Of a stretch of 64,000 bases of DNA, positions 1-13,115 are shown piece by piece. Below the pieces are notes generated by a model, which did not search any database, was not told where the DNA came from, and saw only the letters and a program-made list of their open reading frames with translations. Origin of the DNA: the human T2T-CHM13v2.0 reference genome, Homo sapiens; assembly GCF_009914755.1 (NCBI RefSeq), contig NC_060925.1; one strand, written 5' to 3'. Position 1 is the stretch's first letter. Each line of letters starts with the position of its first letter. A program made the translations under genes and the position numbers.

Positions 1-394
1 CCAACCAAACAAGTAATTATGCTGAACCCCCTTGGGCACTCTCACATTAGATGTCCTGGGTCCTCCCAATTCTTAGTCCTTTAATACCTGTTTTTATCCT
101 TCTCTTATTTGGACCTCGTGTCTTCCATTTAATTTTTCAGTTCATACAAAACCACATCCAGGCCATCACCAATCATTCTATACGACAAATGCTCCTTCTA
201 ACAACCTTACCACAAAATCTTCCTTCAGCTTAATCTCTCCCACTCTAAGTTCCCACACCACCCCTAATCCCGCTTGAAGCAGCCCTGAGAAACATCACCC
301 ATTATCTCTCCATACCACCCCCCAAAATTTTCACCGCCCCAACACTTTACCACTATTTCATTTTATTTTTCTTATTAACATAAGAAGACAGGAA
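1..394 (+). mobile_element. HERV-H internal 3' end (env TM-tail remnant and polypurine tract)
   Basis: ORF 51-233 WVLPILSPLIPVFILLLFGP...FIQNHIQAITNHSIRQMLLL resembles the HERV-H env C-terminus. A purine tract AAGAAGACAGGAA lies directly before the LTR TG. Confidence 0.85.
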
Positions 395-802
395 TGTCAG
401 GCCTGAGCCCAAGCCTGCATGTATACATCCAGATGGCCTGAAGTAACTGAAGAATCACAAAAGAAGTGAAAATGGCCGGTTCCTGCCTTATCTGATGACA
501 TTCCACCATTGTGATTTGTTCCTGCCCCACCTTAACTGAGCGATTAACCTTGTGAAATTCCTTCTCCTGGCTCAGAAGCTCCCCTACTGAGCATCTTGTG
601 ACCCCCGCCCCTGCCTGCAAGAGAAAAACCCCCTTTGACTGTAATTTTCCACTACCCACCCAAATCCTATAAAACTGCCCCACCCCATCTCCCTTCGCTG
701 ACTCTCTTTTCAGACTCAGCCCACCTGCACCCATGTGATTAAAAAGCTTTATTGCTCACACAAAGCCTGTTTGGTGGTCTCTTCACATGGATGCACACGA
801 CA
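395..802 (+). mobile_element. LTR7-family 3' LTR of HERV-H (LTR7B/C-like)
   Basis: Begins TGTCAGGCC..GAGCCCAAGC, has TATAAAA at ~668 and ATTAAA at ~738, and ends TGGTGGTCTCTTCACATGGATGCACACGACA. Confidence 0.88.
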
Positions 803-965
803 GCATCAGTAATCCCAGATACTTGGGAGGCTAAGGCAGGAGAATCGCTTGAACCCGGGAGGCAGGGTTGCAGTGAGCTGAGACTGTGCCATTGCACTCC
901 AGCCTGAGTGACAAAGCAAGACTCTGTCTCAAAAAAGTAAAAAATAAAAATAAAAAAATAAATAA
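803..965 (+). repeat. Alu right arm (Alu interrupted by the HERV-H)
   Basis: GTAATCCCAG..GAGAATCGCTTGAACCCGGG..A-tail starts immediately after the LTR. Confidence 0.85.
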
Positions 966-1829
966 ATTACCCTGTCTGAGGTATGTCTTTATAGCAAAGT
1001 GAGAATGGACTAATACAGCTAGCAATATAGAATAAAGCTCCAGTTCATTTAAGCCTCAGTTGCTCTGTGTTTTGTGTTTTCTGTGTTTCACTCACTTAGT
1101 TCAATGTAATTGATGCACCTTCTTTCTTCTTCCTCCTTCTTCATTCCCCAAAACTTCAATGAGCTTCTACCCACTCAGCTCCTGTTCCTGGTCTCTCCTT
1201 CCTTTTTACTTCTCTGTTGCTTCCAAATTTTGCCTCCAGATTTACTAGAGAGCCATATTAATCCATTCTCAGTTCGAATTACTTTAAATTCTCATTCCTT
1301 CTCCAGGATCCATCTTGTTGCAGCTCTGAGACTGCTGGGTCCCACCCCTTCAAGATTCCTAGCCAATCAGGCTCCACTTCTCTCCCTTTAACCAGTCCTG
1401 TAAGTAAGCCATATCAGGTTGGGTTGTAAACATTTCTTTGTTTTCTGGCTTGCAACTTGGAGCCACATTCTCACATTCTAGGTGCCATCTGTAATGAGTG
1501 GTACAGTGTGGGTACCAGCCCAGCAGAGTGGTGGGTAGCCTGCTCAATGAGAATGGGCTCTGGCCCTTACTTCATGTTAGTACCTATGAGCTCAGTATCA
1601 GCCCCAGTCATAAATGTACCTGAAGAATTAATTGATCCATTCAACACTCACATGAGTCATGTTCAAGGCTCTAGCATGGACTCTTGTTAGGACAGTATCT
1701 ACAGGGTCTTTCCATGTATCATTATTGTTCGCCACAGGCTTAGAAATGACAAACGCTTGGCCAGCAAGTAAGATCATCCAGAGAAATGGGGGAAGGGATG
1801 GCCCCTTTCTTTCTCTCTTTATGCTCCTG

Positions 1830-2281
1830 GCCTTAGTCTGTTTTGTATTGCTATAAAAGAATACTGGAGACTGGGTAATTCATAAAGAAAAGAGGTTTGC
1901 TTAGCTCACAGTTCTGCAGGCTGAGAAGTTCAAGGGCATGGCCCTGCTTCCCGCAAGGGCTTTTGTGCTGCATCACAACATGGCAAAGGAGATCAAAAGG
2001 GAAGTGGACATGTGTGAAGGGGGAGAAAAACCTGAGGAGCATCCTGTCTTTATTACAACCCACTCCCTGGAAACCAATCCATATCCATGAGAAGTAATCC
2101 AGTCTAGCAACAGTGAGAACACATGTACTACTATGAGAGTAGCACGAAGCCATTCATAAAGGATCCACCCTCATTACCCAAATACCCCCCACTAGGTCTG
2201 ACCTCCAACACTGCCACACTGGGGATCAAATATCAACATGCATTTTGGTGGGGACAAACTAACTCTATGCAAACCATAGCA
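1830..2281 (-). mobile_element. MaLR LTR (MST family)
   Basis: TTAGTCTGTTTTGTATTGCTATAAAAGAATAC..GGCTCACAGTTCTGCAGGCTG..CAAACCATAGCA pattern is typical of MST LTRs. Confidence 0.75.
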
Positions 2282-2735
2282 CCTCTCCATTACTAGTGTT
2301 GAAAAACTTGATACTAAGTAGCCCTCCCCTTTCTAGTCATTTATAGTCTGCTACTGAAGATCTGAGAAAAACGGGATGCTAACCTTACCATTCTACAAAC
2401 GCAGTTATTATACAATTACACTGTCAGGGATCCAGAAGTAAATAATTTGCATTCAAGGGCAGACATTCCAAGCAAGGAGGGCAATTTCAGCCGGTGTATT
2501 TGCTACTGGTTGTGACTATCTACCTGATGTCTTGAGATATAATAAAATGCACAGAATGGATCATTTCAAGGAAAAAGTGGGCAAAGACCAAAAAATAGTG
2601 AAATAGTGAAATAAGGAGCATCCCAGTGGACCTCCATGTCCTTCAGATGAACTGGGACACATTCTGAGTCTAGTTCCAAATTTCAGTTATTTAGTTATAA
2701 ATAAACAAAGCAATGGCAAATAAAAACTAAAAAGT

Positions 2736-3030
2736 GCCAGGCGTGGTGGCTCACGCCTGTAATCCCAGCACTTTGGGAGGCCGAGGCAGGTGGATCACCT
2801 GAGCTCAGGAGTTTGAGACCAGCCTGGTGAAACCCCATCTCTACTAAAAATATAAAATTAGCTGGGCGTGGTGGCATGTGCCTGTAATCCCAGCTGCTCA
2901 GGAGGCTGAGGTGGGAGAATCGCTTGAATCGTGGAGGTTGCAGTGAGCCGAGATTGTGGCACTGCACTCCAGCCTGGGCAAAAAGAGTGAAACTCAGTCT
3001 AAAAGAAAATAAAAAGAAAAAAACTAAACT
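2736..3030 (+). repeat. AluS
   Basis: Dimeric Alu with A-tail; flanking repeat AAACTAAAAAGTG. Confidence 0.9.
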
Positions 3031-3559
3031 AAACTAAAAAGTGGGCAATGTATCTAGTTAGATTCAGAAAGCTGAATGACAAACAACAAGATCTCAATTG
3101 GGACAAGGATTGCTGATCTCATCTATGGGTCTATAACAGGAACATACCATGGGGAAACAGCAGAAGTTGTGAAAGCTTAGATACCTCTGGCTGGAGGATT
3201 TTCTTTATCAATCAGCTTGGTACTCAAGTATGGTCATTGCCTAACTGAGGTCGTGGGCCTGATCCTTCTGACTCAGAAGAAGGAAGGCAGCCAGGAGTTA
3301 TTCATCTGCCTCTTTTAGATTGGACTGAATCTACATTCTGTTAGACACCATTAGCAATATAACTTTTCTTCCTCAGTTCCCTCACAAAATGAGAAGTAAA
3401 AGGTCATAGTTTCCTCTGAAGTAATTTTTTTGGGCCAATATATCAGATTGATTCTGAGCTTTTTGATGGAGTTTTGAGATTTGCTTATTAAGGATTTAAA
3501 TTCATGCTAATAACAGAAGCCCAAGTGGAATAATGAGAGCTTGAATACCTAAGCCCTAA

Positions 3560-3890
3560 ACCAGTGCATTTTAAACTTTAGTGCAAATGAGTCACTGAGG
3601 GGATCTTAGTAAAATACAGATTTGATTCAGCAGGCCTAGGGTGGGGCCGAGAGCCTGCATTTCTAATCTGCTCCCAGGTCATGCTGATACTCCTGGTTCA
3701 TGGTCAGCATTTTTGCAGGAAGGGCAGAGGGCATTATTTTCAAATTTGGCTACATATGAGAATCACCTAGGGAGTTTAAAAAAAATGCTGATGCCAGGGT
3801 CCCATCCCCAGAAATTGTGATTTAACTGGCCTCAGGGTGCATCCTGGGCATCAAGATTCTAGAGCGTGGTAGAGTTTGAAGACCGCTAGT
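3560..3890. mobile_element. MER5-type hAT-Charlie DNA transposon fossils (two adjacent pieces)
   Basis: Motifs GGGTGGGGCC..CTGCATTTCTAA..CTCCCAGGT and GAATCACCTAGGGAGTTTAAAAA..GATGCCAGGGTCCCA. Confidence 0.6.
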
Positions 3891-5647
3891 CTAACAAGTC
3901 TGCTCCCAGTTGCTTGCTGATTCTCTCCTGATTTCTTTTCTAGGAGAAACTGCTGTAGTCCAGGGTATATGTGAACTTGGGGACAGGTGCCTGGATTCAA
4001 TCCTGCTGCTTTCCCTGTGGTTTGCCTTCCCATCTGGGAATGGGGCAATGATCCTGCCTACCTTAGAGGGTTGTTATGAAGATTAAGTGAGGTCTGATAT
4101 ACATGAAGAACCCAGAAAAGTGCCTGGTGTGATGCGTTATTACTTCATTATTATTTTCAACTGCTAAACAATTAAGATTCACTAAGCTTTAATAGATGGT
4201 TATTTGTTGTGAGGCCCACGAGTGGGGCTCAGAATGCCTTTCCTTCCAAATATGCTTACCAGAAGAAGTCATCCTACTAGTTTGTTGAGAACTTAAAAGG
4301 CAGAGATGTCATTCTGAGGGGAAGAAATTTAAGACCTACTCCCCCAAACTGGGTCACTGAAAGCAGGAATTAGGACACTGAAGATCCACTTCTACTTCCA
4401 CAAACGCATTCAGGCATCATTTATGGAGTGTCCACTGTGTACATGATATTCTGCCAAGCCTTGGGGAGAATTACAAAACAGTTAGAAAGCACGGATGTTT
4501 AGCTTTCAAGAGCTTCTGGTCTAATGCAGAAGATAAGCTAGGCACATAGTCAAGTAGCTTCCTTATTGCCTACAGGACTCATTCATTTGTTCAATCAATA
4601 TTCAAAGCTACTTGTTGTGAGCTAGCCACAATGCTAGGGACTGAGGTTACAAAGATAAAGGAAAAGAAGACGTGCTCCCCCCACTTTCCTCCCACTCCCC
4701 CAAGATGCTTATTGTCTGGGAGAAGAGATAGAAAACCACACAGAAAATTATAGAGCTTTGAAAGTACCTTGGGAATCCAGGAGTCCCTCCCCACCACCAG
4801 CAGACTAGGCTGCAGAAGAATGTCTGGGAAAATTCTCGGAGGAGGTGACATGGGGCTGCTCAACCCCAGGCTCCTTAGCCTTGCATTTGAAGCGCTTCCG
4901 GATCTTTGCCCCACTGACTTTCTCAGCTGTATCTCTTAAGTCAAGCCCATTTCCTATACTCATTCATGCTCTGCTGTCTGACTTTGCTCAAGATTGCAAG
5001 GTCCATGGCAGCAAGGACAGCATTTGTCTTCTTCACCAAAGGGTCCCAAGAGACTTGTGGAGAGCCTGGCTAGTCTCAATGCTTAAATGAATGAATGTGG
5101 TCTTTTGTTTGTGCAGGGACAAGCCTGACCAGCCTTGAAGACCCAAGTAAGGCTCAGCCTTTGTTTAGCCATCTCAACAGCAGAGACAGGTAACTGCCAC
5201 TTACAAGATACTCCTACATCCTTCCTGAGCCCTACTAGGCTTGGAAGCCTGGTCAGCCAGGCAACCAGCCATGAGATCTGGAATTGGTGGTGCTGCCTGC
5301 CTTAGACACGATATACCTGCATCTGCCTCAGTTTTCCTTCATGACTAGACTTCTTCTCTGAATACCACTCTACCAGTCTAAGTCTTTCAATCAGCCTCCC
5401 AAGCCTTCCCCTTTCGGGACCAGATCATGTTCCCTTTATCCTTAGCTGTGTTTCTTGTCCTCTTCTGAACAGGCTGATGGCACAGAACCATGCCTGACTT
5501 TGTCACCAGTACTCTGAACCCCAGTGACCTTCTTTACCAGCACCTGCTGCAACCAAGGTCAAGTTTTTGGCACCCTTTTAAACACTGTGCACTGAACTGC
5601 TCAGCCTCCATTATTTTCCCAGCCTTGTCCTATCTTCTTCCTCATAA

Positions 5648-6301
<654 letters not shown>

Positions 6302-6669
6302 TAGTCTCCCTGACCCTCTGGACCCACTCCATTCTGCCTGCACATCCCCTCCTATAGTAATCACTCTAAACACAGCTTTTCTCATGCCAAATGCTTTCCC
6401 ATTGCCACATTCCTTATCTTGAATCAAGTCTGCCCCTACCCCTTTTGCCGTATCTGGCCTGGATCCTACCTTCCCAACCTCGTCTGTTGACACATCTTCC
6501 ATCACCCCAAACTGTACTTCCATAAGGACCCATCCAACCCTCATTTTTGTCTTGACGTTATGTTTTTCTTCATCCTGGAAAATTTTCTTTTCCTTCCCCT
6601 GTTCCTGCCTGGCCACCTAATGTGGTTTGGCTATTGGCCTGGCTCAGTAATCACACTCAGCACTGAGAT

Positions 6670-6758
6670 ATTTTAGGATGAAAAAGCCCTTCATTTCAAT
6701 GTTGTGAGTAGATTTTAGGATGAAAAAGGCCTTCATTTCAACGTTGTGAGTAGATTTT
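6670..6758. repeat. 42-bp tandem duplication
   Basis: ATTTTAGGATGAAAAAG(C/G)CCTTCATTTCAA(T/C)GTTGTGAGTAG occurs twice with 2 mismatches. Confidence 0.9.
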
Positions 6759-7750
6759 TCTAGCAAGAAATGAGTCTTCTTAAGTCCTTAAGGGTGGATG
6801 GTACCCTTGTCTTGGGAAACCATGTGGTGGGTGGGACAAATGAAAATAAAAATGTGCCTAAGGTTCTTGAACTAAGAACTGTGAGGAATTGAAGCTGAAG
6901 GTAGATGTCTTCAGTCTGAGAAGCTAAGTGTTCTGTTCGGTAACAGAAATGAAATGTACAGCTGAGTAGGAGTGGGGTAGGGAGCTGCAGAATGTCCCTC
7001 CGGTTGCAACAAATTTAGCTGATGCTGTATCTGTACTGTCCTTTGTTTCTGCAGGATGTGGGATTTCTTTATTAAGAGCTACTTACTAATATAATAGCAA
7101 ATATTTGTTACACACTTACCATGTGCCAGAACTGAGACAAGTCCTTGAGAGGATTAACTCTTGCAATTCTCATAACAATTTTATAATTTTTCAGGCAGAG
7201 AAGTTAAGGATCATGTCCTGCAAATAAAGGCTGAACCAAGATTTGAATGACAGGGTCCTGACTCCACAGGCTGTACTCTTAACTGCTACTACCACAGTTT
7301 TTGTTTGTTTGTTTTTTAAATCTCACCCTTTAAAAATTCCTTTTTAGGTATGTTTTATTAGTAGTATAATAGAGCATCCTGGTTCCTTGGGGGTCCAAAC
7401 TGAAAAATTTTTACCGGTAGGAATGCCCAGTCACATTATGCCACTTTTTCACATGCTACCTTGCTTCATTTGCTTATTGCTTCATATTCATAAATCGTAT
7501 TTCTCCTAGGAAATTTGGAGTGTCCTTGAAGGTAGGAATTATGTCTTAAACTTTCACTTGGTTCCCACAGTAGGCCTAACTGTATTGTCCCTACTCATTG
7601 AATTGAATAAAACTGGTACTCCAGCAACCTTATACCTCTGGAGTAAAGCAAAGCTAGTGCAAATATATACAGTAGAAGTATAGTCCATTTCCAGAGCTTC
7701 TGGGAAGGCCGAAATCACTAACCACACAGTAACTTAAAAATAATCCTGCT

Positions 7751-8065
<315 letters not shown>

Positions 8066-8393
8066 TTAGGGCTTTGCTGTCCAGCGAACTCAAACTGCAG
8101 ATGTGCTGCAATCAGCCTAATTGAAAGTGGTTATAACCCATGCTTTGACTCCCTCTGTTGGCAGGAAGAGGTTGCTTTCTCACTTGCGGGAATTCTTAGC
8201 TCAGGTTGTATAATGGCTGTTTACTACAGATACAGCCTGAGAAAATTCAGCCAGATTAGATAAGGGGAAGACAACACCCACTGAATCTTTCTCCCCAGAT
8301 GGCAACTAAATACTCTTTTCATTTTTCTTACATGCTAACATTGCTACCTATAAACTGCTTAGTTAATTGTTCAGAGAACCACCACACACCTGA

Positions 8394-8609
<216 letters not shown>

Positions 8610-9171
8610 TAAGAAGTACAACCTTGATAGCTCACAGAAGGCTGCACAGGGAAAGCCTGGCTTTCCCACACTGTCTGCTAACACTGTATCTCTAATATTT
8701 TCCATGATACAGGAATTTTTTTGGCTTCATCTAGTGGAATAAAATATCTAAAATTATTCGTTTGAATCATTAAGTGGAATCAAACACATACACATCTTTC
8801 CTTAGCACATTGTTTCTTTCCCAATTCCCCCTTTCCAGAATTTTTATATACGCATCTCAACTGTCACTTAATCACGTCAATGACTCCTCATCATTTGAGA
8901 TTTGGCTCCAATACCCCAGGCAGAATTCCTCTGTATGGTTTTCCCACAGGCATACAGAGCATCTCTTCTCCCATTTCGGCTGTGAGCAACTCCTAAGACC
9001 AGTGGAGACCCTGAGATGCCACCAGTGCCTGGCATATTTCAGAATTCAAAAAAGATTTGTTTAAATAAATACAATTTAAAACCATATTCCATTTTAAAGG
9101 CTAATTTTATCCATATGAGAATTCTCCCTGCATGCAATGTGAAGACATTTAATTCATTAAAGGGGCATAAC

Positions 9172-9176
<5 letters not shown>

Positions 9177-9216
<40 letters not shown>
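9177..9216. repeat. (TA)n microsatellite
   Basis: About 20 uninterrupted TA units. Confidence 0.95.
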
Positions 9217-9219
<3 letters not shown>

Positions 9220-9301
9220 ATATCTCATGTTGTCAAGAAACTTTGTTTACATTAGAGTATAATTAAATAGGCCTGGCACCAATCAGGGCTCTGCCACTTA
9301 C

Positions 9302-9760
9302 TGTTTGGAGAAGCGATTCACAATTCGCATCCTTGCACGTTCTTCCTAGATGTGCCAAGAATGCAAGACCCTGATCACGCTTTACTTGGGCCATTTCTCA
9401 GCGTTGTGTTTGCAGCGAGCAATCTTGAGGGATGAGGTAATGTCTCCCTATGGAACAAAGAGCAGGCTTGCTTACTGCTCACTATAACATGGTGGGTTCC
9501 CCAAGCTCAGCATTCCTCTTCTGTAATGCAACCCATCTTGTGTGTAAGCATGCATCTGGGCCCGTGTGCTTCGTTCCTGTGAGAACTGGGGTCCAGGGAG
9601 CCAACTCAAAAATGGTGATACTCTGGCTATTGCTTTTGTTGTAATAGTCTTTTATCTCTGACTCAGAAGTCTGGTGTGTTCTGTCAGCATTCATGAAACC
9701 GTGAAAGCTAACGTGTTAGTTTGCAAACATAACAAAATATGATTCATCACAGTTCTCCAC
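9302..9760 (+). mobile_element. LTR40-family ERVL solo LTR
   Basis: GCCAAGAATGCAAGACCCTG..GGGATGAGGTAATGTCTCCC..CAAAGAGCAGGCTTGCTTACTGC..GATACTCTGGCTATTGC..CATGAAAC..GCTAACGTGTTAG matches the LTR40 consensus as recalled. Confidence 0.7.
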
Positions 9761-10566
9761 GCTCACTAGCTGGGCGTCCCTACACGAGTTTTTTAACCTC
9801 TCTTAGCTGCAGTTTCCCTTCTTTATATTATAAAGGGGACGGTGGTGTGTATGTACCCGCCCCATAGCTTCGTCTTGGGGTTAAGTAAGACTGTAAAATC
9901 CCTACCACACTGGACTCTTCCCAGGACTTCCCTTTCCCTCTTTGAACTCTGCCAGAGACTATTCTGCATTTGAGGCCTGGCGATGCTGGGCAGGGGCGGG
10001 TATGGGTGAAGCACAGGGTGGGCCGCGGCTGGCGGGTTTGGTGCAGAAACGGGCTGTGGCCGAGCCGAGAAAGCGCGCCCAGCGGCCGCCCTGCGAATCC
10101 TCCGTAGGCGGGGCCGGGACTGCTGTGAGCTAATAGGAACGGGGGCCGGGCGTTCGGTCTCGCCGCTGCAGTCGCAGAGCAACCACGCGGCTTTGACCGT
10201 CTATTTCAAAGGGCTTCGGGGTCTTGCGGATGGGGATCACTGCGGGCACTGGAAACCTGCCGGCCCCCACCCAGCCGCCTCTCAGATTCGTGGCGACCGC
10301 ACCCTTCTGGGCAGCGGCGCCAGGCCCGCTGCCGTCCCCACCGCTCGCAGCCACCAGGAAACCCCGCGGCCGCGCTCGAGCGCGCGCCCTCCGACCACAT
10401 GCACCCGCATACGCATGCTCCCAGCGCTCCCACGCGTGCTGACACCCTCCCGGCTTCCGCCCACGCAGTCGCGGGCCCCGGGCGCGCGGGCTCGGGGCAG
10501 CTGCGCGGCGTCCTTGGAGGCAGGTGCTGGCGGCAAGACGAGCTCTCGGAGGATGCTGCGGCGCGG

Positions 10567-10646
10567 GGCGCGTCGCCCCCCTCAGTCCACCAGAGCCCGG
10601 ATACCTCAGAAATTCGGCTCTGGGTCTGTGGGGAGCGAAATGCAAC
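10567..10646 (+). ncRNA. MIR760: pre-miR-760 hairpin (mature CGGCUCUGGGUCUGUGGGGA at 10615-10634)
   Basis: Matches the miR-760 precursor as recalled; arms CAGAGCCCGG and CGGCTCTG pair. Confidence 0.9.
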
Positions 10647-10816
10647 CCAAACCCCGTTTTTCCGAACCCCGCGCAAATAAACACGCACAAGCACGCACAC
10701 AGACGTCGCCGCGGCCGGCGCTCGCCGCCGCAGGTCCAGGCCGCCGGCTGGTCCGGGCCGCCGGCCGGCCCGGGCCGCGAGGGAAGAGCCCAGGCCCGAG
10801 AGGGGTCGCCGCTTAC

Positions 10817-10900
10817 GTCTCGCAGCCCGAGGGGAGGCCGCTCGGCCTCGGCCGCTCACAGGCGCGACGTAAAGGCCCGGCGTCACCGGCCCGGCTTAAC
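10817..10900 (-). other. BCAR3: Probable non-coding first exon of the long BCAR3 isoform (5' end approximate)
   Basis: Minus-strand donor AGAC|GTAAGC at 10817/10816 inside the CpG island, upstream of MIR760. The TSS cannot be determined from sequence. Confidence 0.55.
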
Positions 10901-11319
10901 GGTGCAACGGCTGGCCTGGGCCTGCAACTCTGGGGTCCCGGCCGGGCTGGAGCGGCCGCCGGAGAGACCTGGTAGGCGGGGCGCTTGGGGCAGGAAGGGA
11001 GCCGGGGAGGGAAAAGCGCGACTGTGATTCGTACGGCTGGGCCCGGACCGTGAAGGGGACCGGGTTGCGGCTGCCCTCACACCGACCAGGTGGGACCGTC
11101 GGACTGCGGCCGCCCTTGGCTCAACTGGGTCGCCGACCTTGTTGAGGGGCGACCACTGCGGGGAGACCGAGAGCCTGCGGCTGGCGTTTGAGGCGGATGG
11201 CAGTGCCCTGAGCGCGGCGGCTGGGTCTCGGTGACACTGACGACGGGAGGCGCGGTCGGAAGAGCGCGGGGCCGTCGCCTCTGGCTTAACATAGCAGATG
11301 CGCTGAGACTCCAACAGGT

Positions 11320-11404
11320 GGCTCCGTGGCGCAATGGATAGCGCATTGGACTTCTAGAGGCTGAAGGCATTCAAAGGTTCCGGGTTCGAGTCCCGGCGGA
11401 GTCG
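11320..11404 (+). tRNA. TRR-TCT1-1: tRNA-Arg(TCT) with 12-nt intron at 11357-11368
   Basis: Acceptor stem GGCTCCG/CGGAGTC, A-box TGGCGCAATGG, anticodon TCT at 11353-11355, intron after position 37, B-box GGTTCGAGTCC. Confidence 0.95.
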
Positions 11405-11410
11405 TAACGC

Positions 11411-11416
11411 TTTTTT
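11411..11416 (+). terminator. Pol III terminator (T6)
   Basis: TTTTTT begins 7 nt after the tRNA 3' end. Confidence 0.85.
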
Positions 11417-11643
11417 CCCTCCCCCCTACAATTTATTTTCTGCCTCCATCATGTCTCTTATTTTTTTTTTTTGCTAAACGGTTTAACTTCTCTCTCATTC
11501 CCTGCTCTCGCAGTTCACTGCATTCGGTTCTTGCGGTCCTTTCTTAAGCGGCTCGCAGGGTCCCGAGCCCCTCAGCTCCCCGGGCCTCGGTGGCCCAGGG
11601 CCCAGCTCAGCCGACTGGGCAGTCGATGTAGGTCCTGAGAAGA

Positions 11644-11670
11644 GCGGCGGCGGCGGCGGCGGCGGCGGCG
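11644..11670. repeat. (GCG)9 trinucleotide repeat
   Basis: Uninterrupted 27 bp within the CpG island. Confidence 0.95.
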
Positions 11671-12775
11671 AAGGAAAAGCGACACTGAAGCGAAGGCTCG
11701 CGGTTTCGGCCTAAAGGAAAGTGCAGGGGAGGCCCGGGTCTCGGGTGACACCCCCACGCCTTGAGCGGGACTGTGGTTGCGAGGGAGGGACGAGAAAACA
11801 CGCCTACGCCCTGCGTGCGCTGTGCTGACTACCTCTCCAGCATGGAGGCTTCCAGATGAGCAGACACCCGAATCCCAGCGGGAGCCCGTCAAAAATGGAG
11901 ATTTCTGCCGTCACTCTGGGACTCTTAATTCGGTCCGTCTGGGGTGGGGCCCAGGAATCTGCATTTCTGATAAGGTCACCCGCTCCCCTCCCCCATTATT
12001 CCAGTGCAAAGAGGTCCTAGGCCCAGTGCCCATCAGCTCCTCAAGACAGGAATTACTATATCTTTTTCTGACAACTGTTAACTTTGTACAAGGTTAGCAA
12101 ATAAATCCAGGAATGAATGGAATCTTAAAACTCGTAAAACAACAATGAAAGGTAATTCACACAAAAGATACAAAATCCAAAATTGTCAAAAAAGATACAG
12201 GGAAAAGTAAACATCCATGTTATTCCTATAGTCCAGCCTTGCAATTCTCTCCACAAGCCATTAGTGGTAATGGTTTCTTGGAAATATTTTCAGATTTATT
12301 TTATGCCCATATCAGCATTTTTAACATCTTTTGTCATAAATATGTCGTAAATAACAATGTTATTGATACATATCCTTTTAAAAACACAATGGTAGTATGC
12401 TATACTGGCTTGTTTTACTTATGAATATATGTAGAGCTGCCTCGTTCCATTGTACGTATGTATGGTAATGATTTAACAGTCCCTAATAGCTGGACATTTA
12501 GATTGCCAGTATTTTCCTATTACAAACAATGCATCAGTGAACATCCTTGTTCTTTTATTATTGTACACAAGTACAGGTACATCTATCTGTAGGATAGATT
12601 CCTAGAAAGTTGAATTGCTGGTTCAAAGGTTTGTGCGTTCTTAATCTGTACATTTTTTAATATATATTGGCAAATTGCCCCATAGAGATTGTATCCATTT
12701 TTCTCTCCTTAGCAATGTGTGAGAGTGCCTGTTTCCCCACAACTCACAAAAGGTGGTTTCTAGCTGTGATTTTAA

Positions 12776-13115
<340 letters not shown>

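Larger units (their letters stand above)
9980..11960. promoter_or_regulatory. BCAR3: CpG island; distal BCAR3 promoter region
   Basis: Very GC- and CpG-rich ~2 kb block. The BCAR3 assignment rests on known synteny (MIR760 lies antisense in BCAR3 intron 1, next to DNTTIP2 and GCLM). Confidence 0.8.

Noticed and set aside
1400-1800. Possible retroviral protease-like FMTGAD on the minus strand
   Set aside because: The catalytic Asp is missing and there is no supporting context; it may be an old LTR-element interior but cannot be supported by eye.
9823-11370. Many long overlapping ORFs (up to 260 aa) in the CpG island
   Set aside because: Ala/Arg/Gly/Pro-rich in all frames, as expected from stop-codon scarcity in GC-rich DNA; no recognisable domain.
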